A stretch of 64,000 nucleotides of DNA from Blepharisma stoltei ATCC 30299 (GCA_965603825.1 CBFDEM010000032.1:558001-622000); one strand, 5' to 3'. Numbered from the stretch's first letter, positions 25,440-37,195 are shown. Program-made: numbers and translations. Notes: generated by a model from the sequence alone, not told the origin.

Positions 25440-26234
25440 TTAACTCAATTCAAACTCAGCCACAAGAGGGTAATGGTCGCTTGGACAAAATGTACCTTCT
25501 CTGATATTATTTACAACTCTTGCTGTTTTTAGCTTGATGTTCCTAAACCAAATGTAATCATACACTCTTGGCACTTTGGGGCCCAGCAGCTCGTAATGCC
25601 AAGTTTTCATAATTTCCTCGTGATCTAACAACTCTGATGGGAAAGTTTTTTCCGGCTCCTCTCCATTGGCCACATAAAGTGCAGATTGGAACTGTTCTGA
25701 AAGCAGAGCGTAGGCACTTGAGTCTGGGGTTGCATTAAAATCTCCAGTAATAATTATGGGGCAATCCATCATTGGCTTCATCCATTCTAATAATTCTTCA
25801 ACTTCTTTTAGCCTGCTCGCGTCGGTTTGCCAGTCTAAATGAGTGTTGACGACCCATACAATTTGGTCATTAAGCCTTATCTTCATTCTTTGGGCATTGC
25901 GCAATTTATCTGAGTATTGGCGGTAACCCTCAGCCAGGACTTTGATTTTCGGTTTTACTAGAAAAGCGTTCCCGTCAATCCTGAACCCTTCGAGCCACCG
26001 AAATGATTCTGGAAGCTCATTTACATTCCAAGGTCCCATTGATTCATATAATGGGGAGAATTTATAGTCGTAGTCTGGGTGTATGTAAATTTCCTTGTTA
26101 CCTTCATAATTTATTTCTTGAAGTCCTATAATATCACAGTCCATTTCTTGAATGGCACGTTTTATGAGAGGAATGCGCTCCTCGTAGAATCTATGGGTGT
26201 TGAGGATATTGAAGCTGCTGATCTTGAGTGACAT
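25440..26234 (-). CDS. Endonuclease/exonuclease/phosphatase (EEP) family protein
   Basis: ISSFNIL, DIIGLQE, VNTHL, ITGDFN, YDYIWF, PSDHYPL. Confidence 0.92.
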   Translation of the reverse strand: MSLKISSFNILNTHRFYEERIPLIKRAIQEMDCDIIGLQEINYEGNKEIYIHPDYDYKFSPLYESMGPWNVNELPESFRWLEGFRIDGNAFLVKPKIKVLAEGYRQYSDKLRNAQRMKIRLNDQIVWVVNTHLDWQTDASRLKEVEELLEWMKPMMDCPIIITGDFNATPDSSAYALLSEQFQSALYVANGEEPEKTFPSELLDHEEIMKTWHYELLGPKVPRVYDYIWFRNIKLKTARVVNNIREGTFCPSDHYPLVAEFELS

Positions 26235-26623
26235 ATTTATATCAGAATTTGAATTTTACTCAAGAAATGGACGTGTATGAATGCGATTTTGGTAAATGGG
26301 ACAAGGGCTTATAGAGAAATTCATTAGGATTTTACTGGACTAATTATTTTACATATTTTTTTGTTTTAGAAAAGTGAAAAATATTCTTTTGCATTTTTGG
26401 CAAAATGCAAAACTCATGTTAAATTATTAGAAAAATCTCTGTTATCAGAAATTTACATTTTTTTAACAAAAATATAATTTTTATATTTTTGATGATTTTA
26501 AAGCATTAACATATAAGATCTAAAGACAAATAAGTATTTGCACATATTATTTATTTTTTATATATCTTAGAATCATATTTCCATGCATGAACCATATTAA
26601 CAGTAATTGGACACATCGTTAAA

Positions 26624-27244
26624 ATGGATTATTTTGCAATTTCTCCTCTACGAAAGTCATTTACTCCTAAGCCAGTTCTCCAAGAGAAAAATGAAGCTAT
26701 TAAATACTCCGCCACCAAGCCAGAGGCATCATCTCGCATAAAAAGATACCCAACAACTAGCAAACAGAAATCTTCTCAAAAATCAAATATTGAAAACAAA
26801 CCAAAATTAGAAGATAAGAAAGCAGAAGCCAAAAAGGTAAGAGAAGAAGAAAAGAAAATCAAAAATGAAGCCAAAAAACAAAAAGAAGAAGTTCTCCAAG
26901 CCGCCAAACAAAGGGTACAAGAAGAGCGACTTCGAAGGAAAAAGAATCAGCCTGAGCAGCCAAGATCCAAATCAAAGACCATTATCCAAGAAAAAGTTAT
27001 ATTGGATAGGCCTATAACCCCTCAACCATCAACCAAAAAAGCTGAGACAACTGGAGATTGGCTTAAAACAAGAGTTCAATTAATAGAGCAGCTGCAAAAT
27101 TGAATGAAAGAGCTCGATAAACAAGAAGACACATTATTAAAAGATATAGAAAAAACTTGCAACTCACATATAATGTCATATAAGGACTATGATGCAAATC
27201 ATCAGCCCTTGACTGCTAGAGAGTCTATTATGAGATCTCCTTAA
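26624..27244 (+). CDS. Basic coiled-coil hypothetical protein
   Basis: ORF 26624-27103 continues through TGA=Trp for 46 more codons to TAA 27242-27244. Confidence 0.7.
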
Positions 27245-27284
27245 TTTTAATTGTATTCATTTTATCATATTTTATAACTGAATA

Positions 27285-27824
27285 ATGTCTCAGAATTTAA
27301 TAAAGCCGGGATTTGATGTGCTTGTCTTCGGGGATGAAAATGTTGGAAAATCAGCGATTTTGAATAAATACTGTGCTGGAGACTTTGAAATTAATTCAGA
27401 AATTCAAAGATTGGAAAGCAAAAATTGTAATGAGCGGCATAAGATAATTCAAGCAAATCATGAAAATATGCAAGTTAGCCTTTGGGAATATCAAAACTGG
27501 GCTATGCATGGGATGCTCCCTCTATTCTTTGGAAAACCTTATGCAATAATTTTTTGCTATGATGTTACGAACAGAAAATCTTTTAAAAATATATCAAATT
27601 GGATATCTAAATTCGACGAAAGGTTGATTAAAAATTTTACTGGAATTTTAGTAGGAAATAAATCTGACTTACCAAGAGAAAGAGGAGTCTCTTATAATGA
27701 AGGCAAAAAATTGGCAGAAAAATTGGGACTATTGTTTATGGAGACATCTGCTGAATATTCAAAAAATATTGATGAAATATTCAATATTTTACTAAGAATC
27801 CTAGCTTTAAATTTCGATAGATAA
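27285..27824 (+). CDS. Divergent Rab-like small GTPase, no C-terminal Cys
   Basis: GDENVGKS, VGNKSD, METSA; G3 box replaced by LWEYQNW. Confidence 0.82.
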   Translation: MSQNLIKPGFDVLVFGDENVGKSAILNKYCAGDFEINSEIQRLESKNCNERHKIIQANHENMQVSLWEYQNWAMHGMLPLFFGKPYAIIFCYDVTNRKSFKNISNWISKFDERLIKNFTGILVGNKSDLPRERGVSYNEGKKLAEKLGLLFMETSAEYSKNIDEIFNILLRILALNFDR

Positions 27825-28131
27825 TGATATTATTGTATTATTATGACTTTATTTGCTTTAATTGTTAAAATAGTTTTCCAGATTATTGAGCTTGTCTATT
27901 GAAAATTAGGCGTTCTAATAAATAAAAAAATTATAATCTAACTGAGATTCAGCACTCTGGTTAATCTTAAAGCTTATTATAAATGATCTTAAATATTTTA
28001 AATTATTGATTGTCAAATTTAATTTATTATAGCCTAATTTATAGTGTGAAAAAAATTAAAACGCTCAATAGAAAGATCAAATCATTTCCTCATGTATTAT
28101 TTCAAAAATGTCACCTCTTAATATTTATTAT

Positions 28132-28705
28132 ATGGACGTACACAAATAGTAACATCCACTCAGCAAAAATTGCATTAAAATTGTACTAGTAGGCGATTCA
28201 GAAGTCGGAAAATCTGCCTTGATAAATCGTTTTTGCCTAGGCAGGTATTTAGACATCTATGTACCAACAATTGGCATCGAAAAGGTATTTTTCTAAAAAG
28301 AATTATATTTCAGCCCACCAAGACACTAGAAGATGCACGCTAGAGCTGTGGGCATCTTCTGGGAATGAGAGATACAAAGTGATTTATTCTCACTTCTATA
28401 AGGATGCAAAAGGCATCATAATTGTATATGATATTACCAAGAGAGAATCATTTTTACATATAAAAAAATGAATTGGAGATATACAACTTTATGCTGAGCC
28501 GAGCTCTATAGTATTTTTAATTGGAAGTAAAAGTGACTTAGAAGGACGGAGAGCGGTGGCTTATGAAGAAGGGAAAAGTCTTGCTGATAGTCTAGGATAT
28601 CCGTTTCTTGAGGTTTCTGCAAGATCATCAATGAATCTGGAGAACTCCTTTTTGACTATTACAAGAATTATAAATTGCAACCAAAGGCTTTCAATGTCAT
28701 TTTAA
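28132..28705 (+). CDS. Divergent Rab-like small GTPase; join(28132..28148,28164..28284,28301..28705)
   Basis: Removing a 15-nt and a 16-nt intron gives MDVHKYKNCIKIVLVGDSEVGKS...YVPTIGIEKNY...LELWASSGNERY...KKW(TGA)...IGSKSD...EVSA...TAA. Confidence 0.78.
28149..28163 (+). other. 15-nt spliceosomal intron
   Basis: GTAACATCCACTCAG; A at position 10; removal deletes the in-frame stop and links the ATG to the Rab G1 box. Confidence 0.75.
28285..28300 (+). other. 16-nt spliceosomal intron
   Basis: GTATTTTTCTAAAAAG; removal restores the frame between G2 and G3 boxes. Confidence 0.65.
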
Positions 28706-28767
28706 TTTCACTGTAAAGTTGTTAATATATACATTTTAAATTGATTTAATGAAAGATCAAGAAATAA

Positions 28768-29885
28768 TTAGTTAGCTGGATGGAATGTTTGTATAAAGCT
28801 TTTTGTCTCAAGGACAGCTCTATAATTTGGATAATGAGGGGCTCCATTAGCTAAAGAGTTAACTGCAGCTTGAGTATCAGCGAATTTATAAGTTTCAACC
28901 CTTGGATAAACATTGTTAATCCTTACAAATTCAAGCATTTGTTCTGTTTCAAGTCTGGAACCTGTTAAACTTGACTGAACTTTTAATTGATTTAAAAGTA
29001 TAGGAACAGATTAAAGTTCAAATTTTCATTTGAACTTGGAGCTCCACATAAGTGAAGAACGCCTCTTGGTCTAAGCAATGAGCAGCACTGAGTAATATCA
29101 TAACTTGTGGCAGTATTAATGATATAATCTAAGCTTCCCATTGCATTTTTCATCTGGGCCTCATCTCTCAAGTTAATAAAATGATGAGCTCCAAACTCTC
29201 TAGCATCAGCTTGCTTATTATTGCTCGTAGAAATTGCTGTAACCTCAGTTCCCATAGAATTTGCAAACTTAATGGCCAGATGCCCTAAGCCTCCAATTCC
29301 AATCACTCCAACTCTCATTCCAGAAACTACGTCTCGATGAAGTGGAGCAAACACTGTCAACCCTGCGCAAAACATTGGTGCTGCCTCTCCAGGAAAACTC
29401 TCATCGAGCTTAAAGAAAAAGCTTCCTTTGGCTTGAAATGATGTTGCATAACCTCCAAAATGAGGATCATATGTAGTCACCTTTTTAGGGCACAGATTAT
29501 CGAATCCTGTTCGGCACTGGAGACAGCTATCATATTCTTCGCAGCAGTCTCGAATAGTCCCAAACCCTACTTTATCGCCAGGCTGAAATTTTGATACTTT
29601 TTCCCCAACTTTATCAACAACTCCAACTATTTCGTGCCCAGGAACAAGAGGAAAGCAGCCACCAGGGAACCAGGCCTGAGTTGACATAAAAATATCAGTG
29701 TGGCAGCAGCCAGCATGAGTTACATTGATTCTAACTTCATTGTCAAGAAGGGCTGGATGACGAAAAGGAAGAGGCGAAACTGTTGTCCCTGGATTCATAA
29801 ATGCCATCGCAACTCCATGGGCGTCACCTATAGCACATGGCTGGGGTGCTCTGTCTCCTAAGACTTCAAAAGTATTTCTTTGCAT
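28768..29885 (-). pseudogene. Zn-dependent alcohol dehydrogenase (CAD/YjgB-like) copy 1 with a 1-nt frameshift (pseudogene or assembly error)
   Basis: GCCHTD, GHE, GIGGLG. Span is 1118 nt versus 1119 nt for the paralog at 31082-32200. One base is missing near 29004-29007, and the C-terminus (NQLKVQS...HYPNYRAVLE...PAN*) continues in another frame. Confidence 0.85.
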
Positions 29886-30494
29886 ATTTTTATTATTAAA
29901 TTCATTGAGCTATATTAAATGGCATACTTTTGCGTTAATTAATGGCTGATTTAACATCAGATTAATAAGCTTCAGAAAAATTAAAATCTTAGAAAACCTA
30001 TGCTAGAAATCATTTGTTATCCTATTTTTTCAATTATTAGATGCAACAGCTTTCAATCTAATTTTTGCTAAGGATGCATTTAGTTTGGAAATCATTTAAT
30101 ATATCTTATTGGCCGAAATTAAGCTTAAAGAGCATTTTAGCATAATTAGAAATGCATCAAAGGTAAAATAAGTGCTGAAAGTTATTATCTGTTTCAAGTT
30201 TTTCACATATAATCTTTTGTTGTCACAAAAACGTTATTTTTGACCATTAAGAGGTTAACATCTTCTGAAATATTCAGAATGGTTAAAATGCCAAGTGAAG
30301 TTATGTCCCCTATGCCCAGTTGAGTTGATCTCTGACTAAAAGAAGGTGGATCCAATTCGTCGAATTTAATTATTAAATCTTGAATTAATGAAAATTTATG
30401 TGTTCTTAATAATACACATTTTTGCTTAGAAATAATCATTTTGTTTATTAATTATTCATCCTCTATAAGCATTTAAATTAGAGGAAAATAAGCG

Positions 30495-30810
30495 CTTTCA
30501 TAGAGCTTTTTTCCCTAGAGCAACTCTATAATTTGGATAATGAGTAGCAGCTTGAACTTCAGTAAATATATAAATTTAGCTCTTAGATAATATTATTAAT
30601 TTTTATGAAGTTATGCATTCTCTCCATTTCAGTCTAGAGCTCATAGAGCTGAACTGAGCTCTTAACGATTTCAAAGGATCGGAAACATGCTAAAATTCAA
30701 ATTTTTATTTGAGTTTGGAACTCCGCATAGATTAAGAGTTCTTCTAACCTCAGTGACGAGCAGCATTGAGAAATATCATATATTATAGCAGTATTGATAA
30801 TGCATAAGCA
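30495..30810 (-). pseudogene. Decayed 3' fragment of a fourth alcohol dehydrogenase copy
   Basis: ctctataatttggataatgag and gagcagcattgagaaatatcata...gcagtattgat match the 3' ends of the neighbouring ADH genes, with deletions. Confidence 0.75.
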
Positions 30811-31081
30811 TTCAATAGAAATATTACTAATCAATCTATTTAACGAATTAGCAATATTTAATAACTCATGTACCCGAAACTACCTATTTCTCATTAATAT
30901 AATTTAAATTATATATGTAAATTATTAATAATTTTGGCTTTTTATCTTTAGGTCCCAAAATCATTATTCTTATTAATCTTAATCTCATCCTTAAAATTTT
31001 AATTTTAGTTTCATTTTTATAGCTAATAATATAAAGCAAAAAGAGATCTTTTTTTGGTTTAATGCATTCTTAGTAAGAGAA

Positions 31082-32200
31082 TTAATTAGCTGGGGTGAAT
31101 GTCTCCATAAAGCTCCTCATCTCAAGAACAGCTCTGTAGTTCGGATAGTGAGGATTTCCGTCTGCCAACGAGTTAACAGCAGCTTGAGTATCAGCAAATG
31201 CATAAGTTTCAGTTCTTGGATAAATATTATGAATTTTTACGAACTCAAGCATTTCCTCTCCTTCTAGTCTAGATCCTACTGGGTTTGCTTGAACTCTAAG
31301 TTGATTTAAAAGAATTGGAAGCAGACTAAAGTTAACATTTTCTTTTGCATCTGGGAATCCACAAAGATTTAGAGTTCCCATCGGTTTGAGAAGTGAACAG
31401 CACTGAGCAATATCATAGCTTGTTGCAGTATTAATGATATAGTCTAAGCTTCCTATAGCATTCTTCATTTGAGTCTCATCTCTTAAGTTCACAAAATGAT
31501 GTGCTCCAAACTCCGTAGCATCAGCTTGCTTGTTATTACTTGTAGAAATTGCTGTAACTTCTGCTCCCATGCAATTGGCAAATTTTAAAGCTAAGTGTCC
31601 TAATCCTCCTATTCCGACAACTCCAACTTTCATTCCAGCAACCACATCTCGATGAAGGGGCGGGAAAACAGTCATTCCTGCACAGAATAGTGGTGCTGCT
31701 TGACCTGGGAAACTTTCGTCAAGTTTATAGAAAAAGCTTCCCTTTGCTTGAAATGATGTGGCATAGCCTCCAAAATGAGGATCATAGGTTGTAGCTCTTT
31801 TTGAGCAAAAGTTTTCATGCCCAGTTCTGCATTGCATGCAGGTTTCAAAGTTTTCACAAGCGTCTCTCCATACTCCAAAGCCAACTTTATCACCAGGTTG
31901 GACTTTTGTAACTTTTTCGCCAACTTTGTCCACTATTCCAACAATTTCGTGGCCTGGAACAAGAGGGAAATTTCCATTTGGAAACCAAGCTTGAGTTGCC
32001 ATAAAAATATCGCTATGACAGCATCCTGCATGAGTTACATTGATTCTAACTTCATTGTCAAGAAGGGTTGGATGGCGAAATGGAAGAGGAGAAACTGTTA
32101 ATCCTGGGTTCATAAATGCCATCGCCACTCCATGAGCATCTCCTAGAGCACAAGGCTGAGGAGCTCTGTCTCCTAAGGTCTCAAAAGTATTTCTTGCCAT
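31082..32200 (-). CDS. Zn-dependent alcohol dehydrogenase (CAD/YjgB-like) copy 2
   Basis: GCCHSD, GHE, structural Zn Cys cluster, GIGGLG. Confidence 0.93.
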   Translation of the reverse strand: MARNTFETLGDRAPQPCALGDAHGVAMAFMNPGLTVSPLPFRHPTLLDNEVRINVTHAGCCHSDIFMATQAWFPNGNFPLVPGHEIVGIVDKVGEKVTKVQPGDKVGFGVWRDACENFETCMQCRTGHENFCSKRATTYDPHFGGYATSFQAKGSFFYKLDESFPGQAAPLFCAGMTVFPPLHRDVVAGMKVGVVGIGGLGHLALKFANCMGAEVTAISTSNNKQADATEFGAHHFVNLRDETQMKNAIGSLDYIINTATSYDIAQCCSLLKPMGTLNLCGFPDAKENVNFSLLPILLNQLRVQANPVGSRLEGEEMLEFVKIHNIYPRTETYAFADTQAAVNSLADGNPHYPNYRAVLEMRSFMETFTPAN

Positions 32201-32486
32201 AATTTATTATTAAATTCCTTAAATTCTACCAAATAAATGTTTGATATTTTATTAGTAAATTTATTGGGAGCTATTTAAATAATATTTCTTGTCACTGATT
32301 TTATTATTAAAATCATTGAATGCTATTAAGCAATATAACTATGTGAATTTTAAAATGGCTATTACCAGCATTTGAAGATTATAAGTGCTTTATTCATCAT
32401 TTTGATATGGCTATTTCCTATATATTTCAAAAAGAAGCTAAATAAATAATTGTAAATAGCTAATGCTTTACAAATAAAATAAAAAA

Positions 32487-33596
32487 TTAATTAGCAGGCG
32501 AGAAAGTCTTCATAAAGCTTCCCATTTCTAGAACAGCTCTGTAGTTTGGATAATGAGGATTTCCATGAGCTAAAGAATTAATTGCGCTCTGTGTATCAGC
32601 AAAGTTGTAAACCTCAACTACTGGGTATATGCTATGGAGTCTAACAAAATTCAGCATCCTATCTACTTCTCTTTCAGACCCTGTAAGATTTGACTGCACT
32701 CTCAAATCATTTGTTAAAAGCTGAAATAAATTAAAATGCAAATCTGTGCCTGCCTCTGGTGCTCCACACAAGTTAAGGATTCCTTTTGGTTTTAATAATC
32801 CGCAGCATTGTTCAATGCTAAAGCTAGTTGCAGTATTGATTATATAATTCAAGCTTCTTGAAGCACTTTTTACTTGATTTTCATCTCTTAAGTTAAGAAA
32901 ATGATGAGCTCCTAGATTTCTCGCATCTGCTTCTTTGCTTTGGCTGCTTGAAATAGCAGTAACTTCAGCTCCCATCGCTTTTGCGAATTTTAAAGCTAAA
33001 TGACCTAGGCCTCCTATCCCAACGACTCCAACCTTCATTCCTGGTCTAACGTCATTAATAAGAGGAGGGAATACCGTAATTCCTGCACAAAACAAAGGAG
33101 CAGCCTCTCCTGGAAAATCATCATCAAGCTTATGGCAGAATTTACTTTTAGCTTGAAAAGATGTGGCATATCCACCAAATTCTGGATCATAGGTATGCTT
33201 CCGTTTTAGGCAATGGTTTTCAAGGCCTGTTTTGCATTCTTCGCAAGTTTCGCAGCAATCTCTTCTTGTGCCAAATCCTATTTTATCACCAGGCTGTAAA
33301 TGTGTAACTTTTTCTCCAACTTTTTCTACAATGCCAATGAACTCGTGGCCTGGAACAAGGGGAAAGGAACCATTTTTTGACCATGCTTGGGTTGCGTAAA
33401 AGACATCAGTGTGGCAGCATCCTGCGTGGGTAACGTTTACTCTTACTTCGTTATCAAGAAGTTCAGGATGGCGGAAAGGTAAAGGGGTTACTGTCGTGCC
33501 AGGCTCAAGAAATGCCATTGCAACTCCATGTGCATCTCCAAGATTGCATGGCTGTGGAGCTCGGCTGCCTAAAAGTTCATAAGAATTTCTTACCAT
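32487..33596 (-). CDS. Zn-dependent alcohol dehydrogenase copy 3
   Basis: GCCHTD, GHE, CCETCEEC....ENHC, GIGGLG. Confidence 0.93.
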   Translation of the reverse strand: MVRNSYELLGSRAPQPCNLGDAHGVAMAFLEPGTTVTPLPFRHPELLDNEVRVNVTHAGCCHTDVFYATQAWSKNGSFPLVPGHEFIGIVEKVGEKVTHLQPGDKIGFGTRRDCCETCEECKTGLENHCLKRKHTYDPEFGGYATSFQAKSKFCHKLDDDFPGEAAPLFCAGITVFPPLINDVRPGMKVGVVGIGGLGHLALKFAKAMGAEVTAISSSQSKEADARNLGAHHFLNLRDENQVKSASRSLNYIINTATSFSIEQCCGLLKPKGILNLCGAPEAGTDLHFNLFQLLTNDLRVQSNLTGSEREVDRMLNFVRLHSIYPVVEVYNFADTQSAINSLAHGNPHYPNYRAVLEMGSFMKTFSPAN

Positions 33597-33887
33597 TATT
33601 TTTAATTATAAATTAGATGGCTTATATATTTGGCCCAAATGGAGATATTGCTGCATTTATTTATATCTATTTCCTAATCTTCTTATATCAAACATTCATT
33701 CTATTTATAATTATTGGCTTAGTTTGATCAATCTACTATAATTGTCAAAAATTACTTAAATATAAGTCATTTTCAATCATAATATGACAATTTGCAGGAA
33801 TAGTACGAATTTCTGAATCTTTTCACTCCTCCCTTTCGATTTCTTATTTTTATAGCAATAAAACAGACAGTCAACCTCAATACATAA

Positions 33888-35846
33888 ATGGCAGAACTTC
33901 ACACTCGAAGACGACAAACATTTGAAGAAAATTTTACCCAAAACGAATCCTTTTTAAATTCTCTCCCTCAGCTTGCTCAGGCTCCACAAGTGACATTTGA
34001 TTTAAACGTCGACGGTCTCCGTCAATTTTTAAATGAGATGAGTAGCACCGTAAATCAGCATAGCAAGTTCTTAAAATCTTTATTCAAAGAACTCAACATA
34101 AAAGTACCAAACGGCGATATTTTTCAAATATTACAATCGCTATCAAGCTCAATCCCAAGAGACTTCGGTGGGAGTTTATCTAATTTAAACAACTGGCAAG
34201 ATGGATTGGCTTCTACTTCTTCAGGCCTCCAAGGGATTTCTCTCCAACTCTCCAATTTAATTAATTTCAAACAAGAAATCACAACAAAATTCAACAATTT
34301 ACAAGAAAAACTTGAAACCAAAGCTTCCCATGAAGAGGTCGAAACTGTTTTGAGGAAAACCAAAGTATTGCTAGATGAAAAAGCAAGCAAAGAAGAAATG
34401 AAAGCAAGGCTTCAGGACATTGAGAGAATTATAAAAGTTACTGAAGATAAGCTTAGCTTAAGGATAAATGAGCTTGAGAAAAAATTTCAGGAGCTGGAAA
34501 TCAATACATTGTGGAAGCTAAAAGACTGTGAAGAACTTTTAAAGGTCAGGGTTAATGAAAAATTTGTGTGGGACGCTATAAATAGTGTTGAAGGAAAAAT
34601 TAAGAGAGAAATTTTTAATGAAAGCCAGGGGAGATTGGAAAAATTAGAAGCAGATTTGAGGAGCCTTGGAAAAGAAATGGGGAGGATTCAGGAAGATGAA
34701 GCTAGAAAAGATAAGGAGATAAAAGCAAAAATCCATGAAATTAATGAGCAGTTTGATTTAAAAGCTGGAAAAATAGAGCATAACCAGCTAGCACAGCTGA
34801 TAAAAAACTTAGCATCTGAGCTAGATGCTTTAAAAGCAAAACAGACTAATGAATATGACGAAAAACTCAAAAATTTAGAAAAGGATATCGAAAAATTGAT
34901 GAATTCTCAATACAACAGTATTATTGAAGAACTTTCAGAAAGGGTCAAAAAATTAGAAGAAGCTATAACAGAGCTACTTAATCGCCCCCCTGTGCAGCCA
35001 CAAATTATTTCTGTTGAAAAAGTTGAGAGAAGCAGAAACCCTTCAATAGACAGAGACCTTCTTTCACAATTAGTCGCAGATATTGAAGCTTTAAAAATTT
35101 TAATCAATACTAAAGCAGATAAAGACATCATTCAAGAACTCCAAAGCATGCAAAAACAACACCCAGTAATTGTGAGCCAGCCCAGCGGAGATATTAATGA
35201 GTTATGGAAATTCAGAGAAAAAGCAATGCAAAATTTCAAAGATATCAACGATAGATTTGAAAAAATCATAAAAAAGCTTGAGCTTAAAGGAATTAAAAAA
35301 CAAATTTTGACGAAAGCTGATGATGAAGCTACAAAACGGAGTTTAAGAACTCTAGAAGAAACGGTAGAAAGGCATGAGCAAGCTTTTGTAGGAATTCAAC
35401 GCCAATTGGAAGCTCTTCAAAAAGCTCTAGCAAAATTGTTTTCGATGTTCAATGAGTTCAGTGTCCAATCTGGGTCTGCTCTTATTTCAAGAAAAACCTT
35501 TGCTCCGCTGACATGCTTGTCTTGTGGCAGAGGTGACACACAATATCTTCCTCCTTTACCTCAAGTTCAAGGGGCTGATGGTAGAATGTATCAAGCGGAT
35601 ACCCAGATTCTTAAAAATGTGACCCTTTCAGCCTCAATGACTGATTTACCGAAAATGGACCCTGACTCTTTGTATCAAGAAACTTCTTCTCCGATTCCGT
35701 CTGGAGCTCAAGGAATGACTCAAACCATTCCTCTTAAAGGATCCATGAGATCAACCCTTTCTGTTGTTATTGGAAAAGAGCAAAAAGTTGCTTTTAGAAG
35801 TGATAAGTCAAGAAATCGGCCACAAAGTGCAAGAATAACTAATTAG
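33888..35846 (+). CDS. Long coiled-coil protein with C-terminal CLSC motif (DUF4795-like)
   Basis: Repeated KAxK units; TCLSCGRG near the C-terminus. Confidence 0.6.
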   Translation: MAELHTRRRQTFEENFTQNESFLNSLPQLAQAPQVTFDLNVDGLRQFLNEMSSTVNQHSKFLKSLFKELNIKVPNGDIFQILQSLSSSIPRDFGGSLSNLNNWQDGLASTSSGLQGISLQLSNLINFKQEITTKFNNLQEKLETKASHEEVETVLRKTKVLLDEKASKEEMKARLQDIERIIKVTEDKLSLRINELEKKFQELEINTLWKLKDCEELLKVRVNEKFVWDAINSVEGKIKREIFNESQGRLEKLEADLRSLGKEMGRIQEDEARKDKEIKAKIHEINEQFDLKAGKIEHNQLAQLIKNLASELDALKAKQTNEYDEKLKNLEKDIEKLMNSQYNSIIEELSERVKKLEEAITELLNRPPVQPQIISVEKVERSRNPSIDRDLLSQLVADIEALKILINTKADKDIIQELQSMQKQHPVIVSQPSGDINELWKFREKAMQNFKDINDRFEKIIKKLELKGIKKQILTKADDEATKRSLRTLEETVERHEQAFVGIQRQLEALQKALAKLFSMFNEFSVQSGSALISRKTFAPLTCLSCGRGDTQYLPPLPQVQGADGRMYQADTQILKNVTLSASMTDLPKMDPDSLYQETSSPIPSGAQGMTQTIPLKGSMRSTLSVVIGKEQKVAFRSDKSRNRPQSARITN

Positions 35847-36661
35847 AATTAAAGTAAATTTATAAATTATTATGAAGTAAAATGATTGAGGAATATTAGG
35901 ATGAATTATTTAAAGCCAACCTTAGGGATTATTTATTACTTGCAACTTTTATTTGCTTAAATATAATTACTACAATAATTTTTGTGAAAATATTCTTTTT
36001 AAGTGAATGCTATGCTATCAAGCATATTTTAGAGCAAATTTAAATCATCAACTTTACTGTCAACAGAATAAAAAATATTAATTCTCCATATAACCTAAAT
36101 TTTCTAAGCATTTTTAAAAATAAAATTGTTCGTTTTAAACTTAGAGAAAATATGTCAAGCAATCATAAAAATGCCAAGCAATCAGAGACTCAAAAATTTA
36201 AAAAATACAATATTAAGAAGTATCCTTGAATACAAACTCAAAAGTAGCATTATATTCTTTATATTATTTTTTTTGAATTCTTGAGGTTGTATGAATTATG
36301 CATTATATGTGCTTTTGATATTGTTTAATTTTATAAAAGACTCAAAATTATCTTAATTTAAAATTATTTGCTTTTCAAAATTATGTTTTGAAAATTTAAA
36401 CCCATTTTTATACCCCATAAGTTTCTCAACGAATGAATTATTAAGTTAGCCATACTTTATCCAAAACTAAGCTATCCAAGTTTTAAAGGTAGAACCTTTC
36501 ACCTTTATTTAAAAATGCAACACTAAAACTTATAAGCTGAAAATTCGCCTATATCTCAAATTTAAAATTTTATTAATTTTTTTGCTTTCAATTTTTTTTC
36601 TCCATCTTAATATGATTTTGATTACTTTATTTCATAAAATTAATGTTCTGATTAGGTAAAT

Positions 36662-37195
36662 TTATTGTTCACATTTAACTTCAATACATTTTTCTTCAAC
36701 CACTTGGCATTTTTTCAAGTGATTTTTAAGTTTGTACTTGTTGTAAAATTCTTTCTTACATTTATGGCACGGAACTCGCTTGCCCTGATCATGGACCTGG
36801 TCCATATGAAACTTGAGGGCATGCTTATGTTTGAATAATTTGTGACATATATGGCATTCAGCATTTTTTCCTTGAGTTTCATGCACCTTCCCTAAGTGCT
36901 GCTTATAGCCTTGGTTGGTGCTAAAGTATTTTGAACATAGAGAGCAATAGTTAAACTGATTAGCGCAAGGCAGCCGGACTGTTGAGAGAGGAGGTTTGTA
37001 GACAGGGACAGTACAATTTACAGCCTGCATTTCAGGGAAATTATGAGCTGCCAACTCAGCTTCAGATTGGAAGGAAAGGCTGCATTTTTGGCATTGGAAA
37101 GGATAGTCATCAGTTTTTGATTGGGAAGGAGCACCTACAGGGGTTATAATCCTTGGGACCTGAAAGCTTAATTGTGAGCTATACAACTTTTCCAT
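36662..37195 (-). CDS. C2H2 zinc-finger protein
   Basis: CSLCSK...QHLGKVH, CHICHK..KHKHALKFHMDQVH, CHKC...YNKYKLKNH. Confidence 0.88.
   Translation of the reverse strand: MEKLYSSQLSFQVPRIITPVGAPSQSKTDDYPFQCQKCSLSFQSEAELAAHNFPEMQAVNCTVPVYKPPLSTVRLPCANQFNYCSLCSKYFSTNQGYKQHLGKVHETQGKNAECHICHKLFKHKHALKFHMDQVHDQGKRVPCHKCKKEFYNKYKLKNHLKKCQVVEEKCIEVKCEQ

Noticed and set aside
25440-26234. EEP gene as a retrotransposon endonuclease
   Set aside because: Stand-alone complete gene with no RT, tail or TSD nearby.
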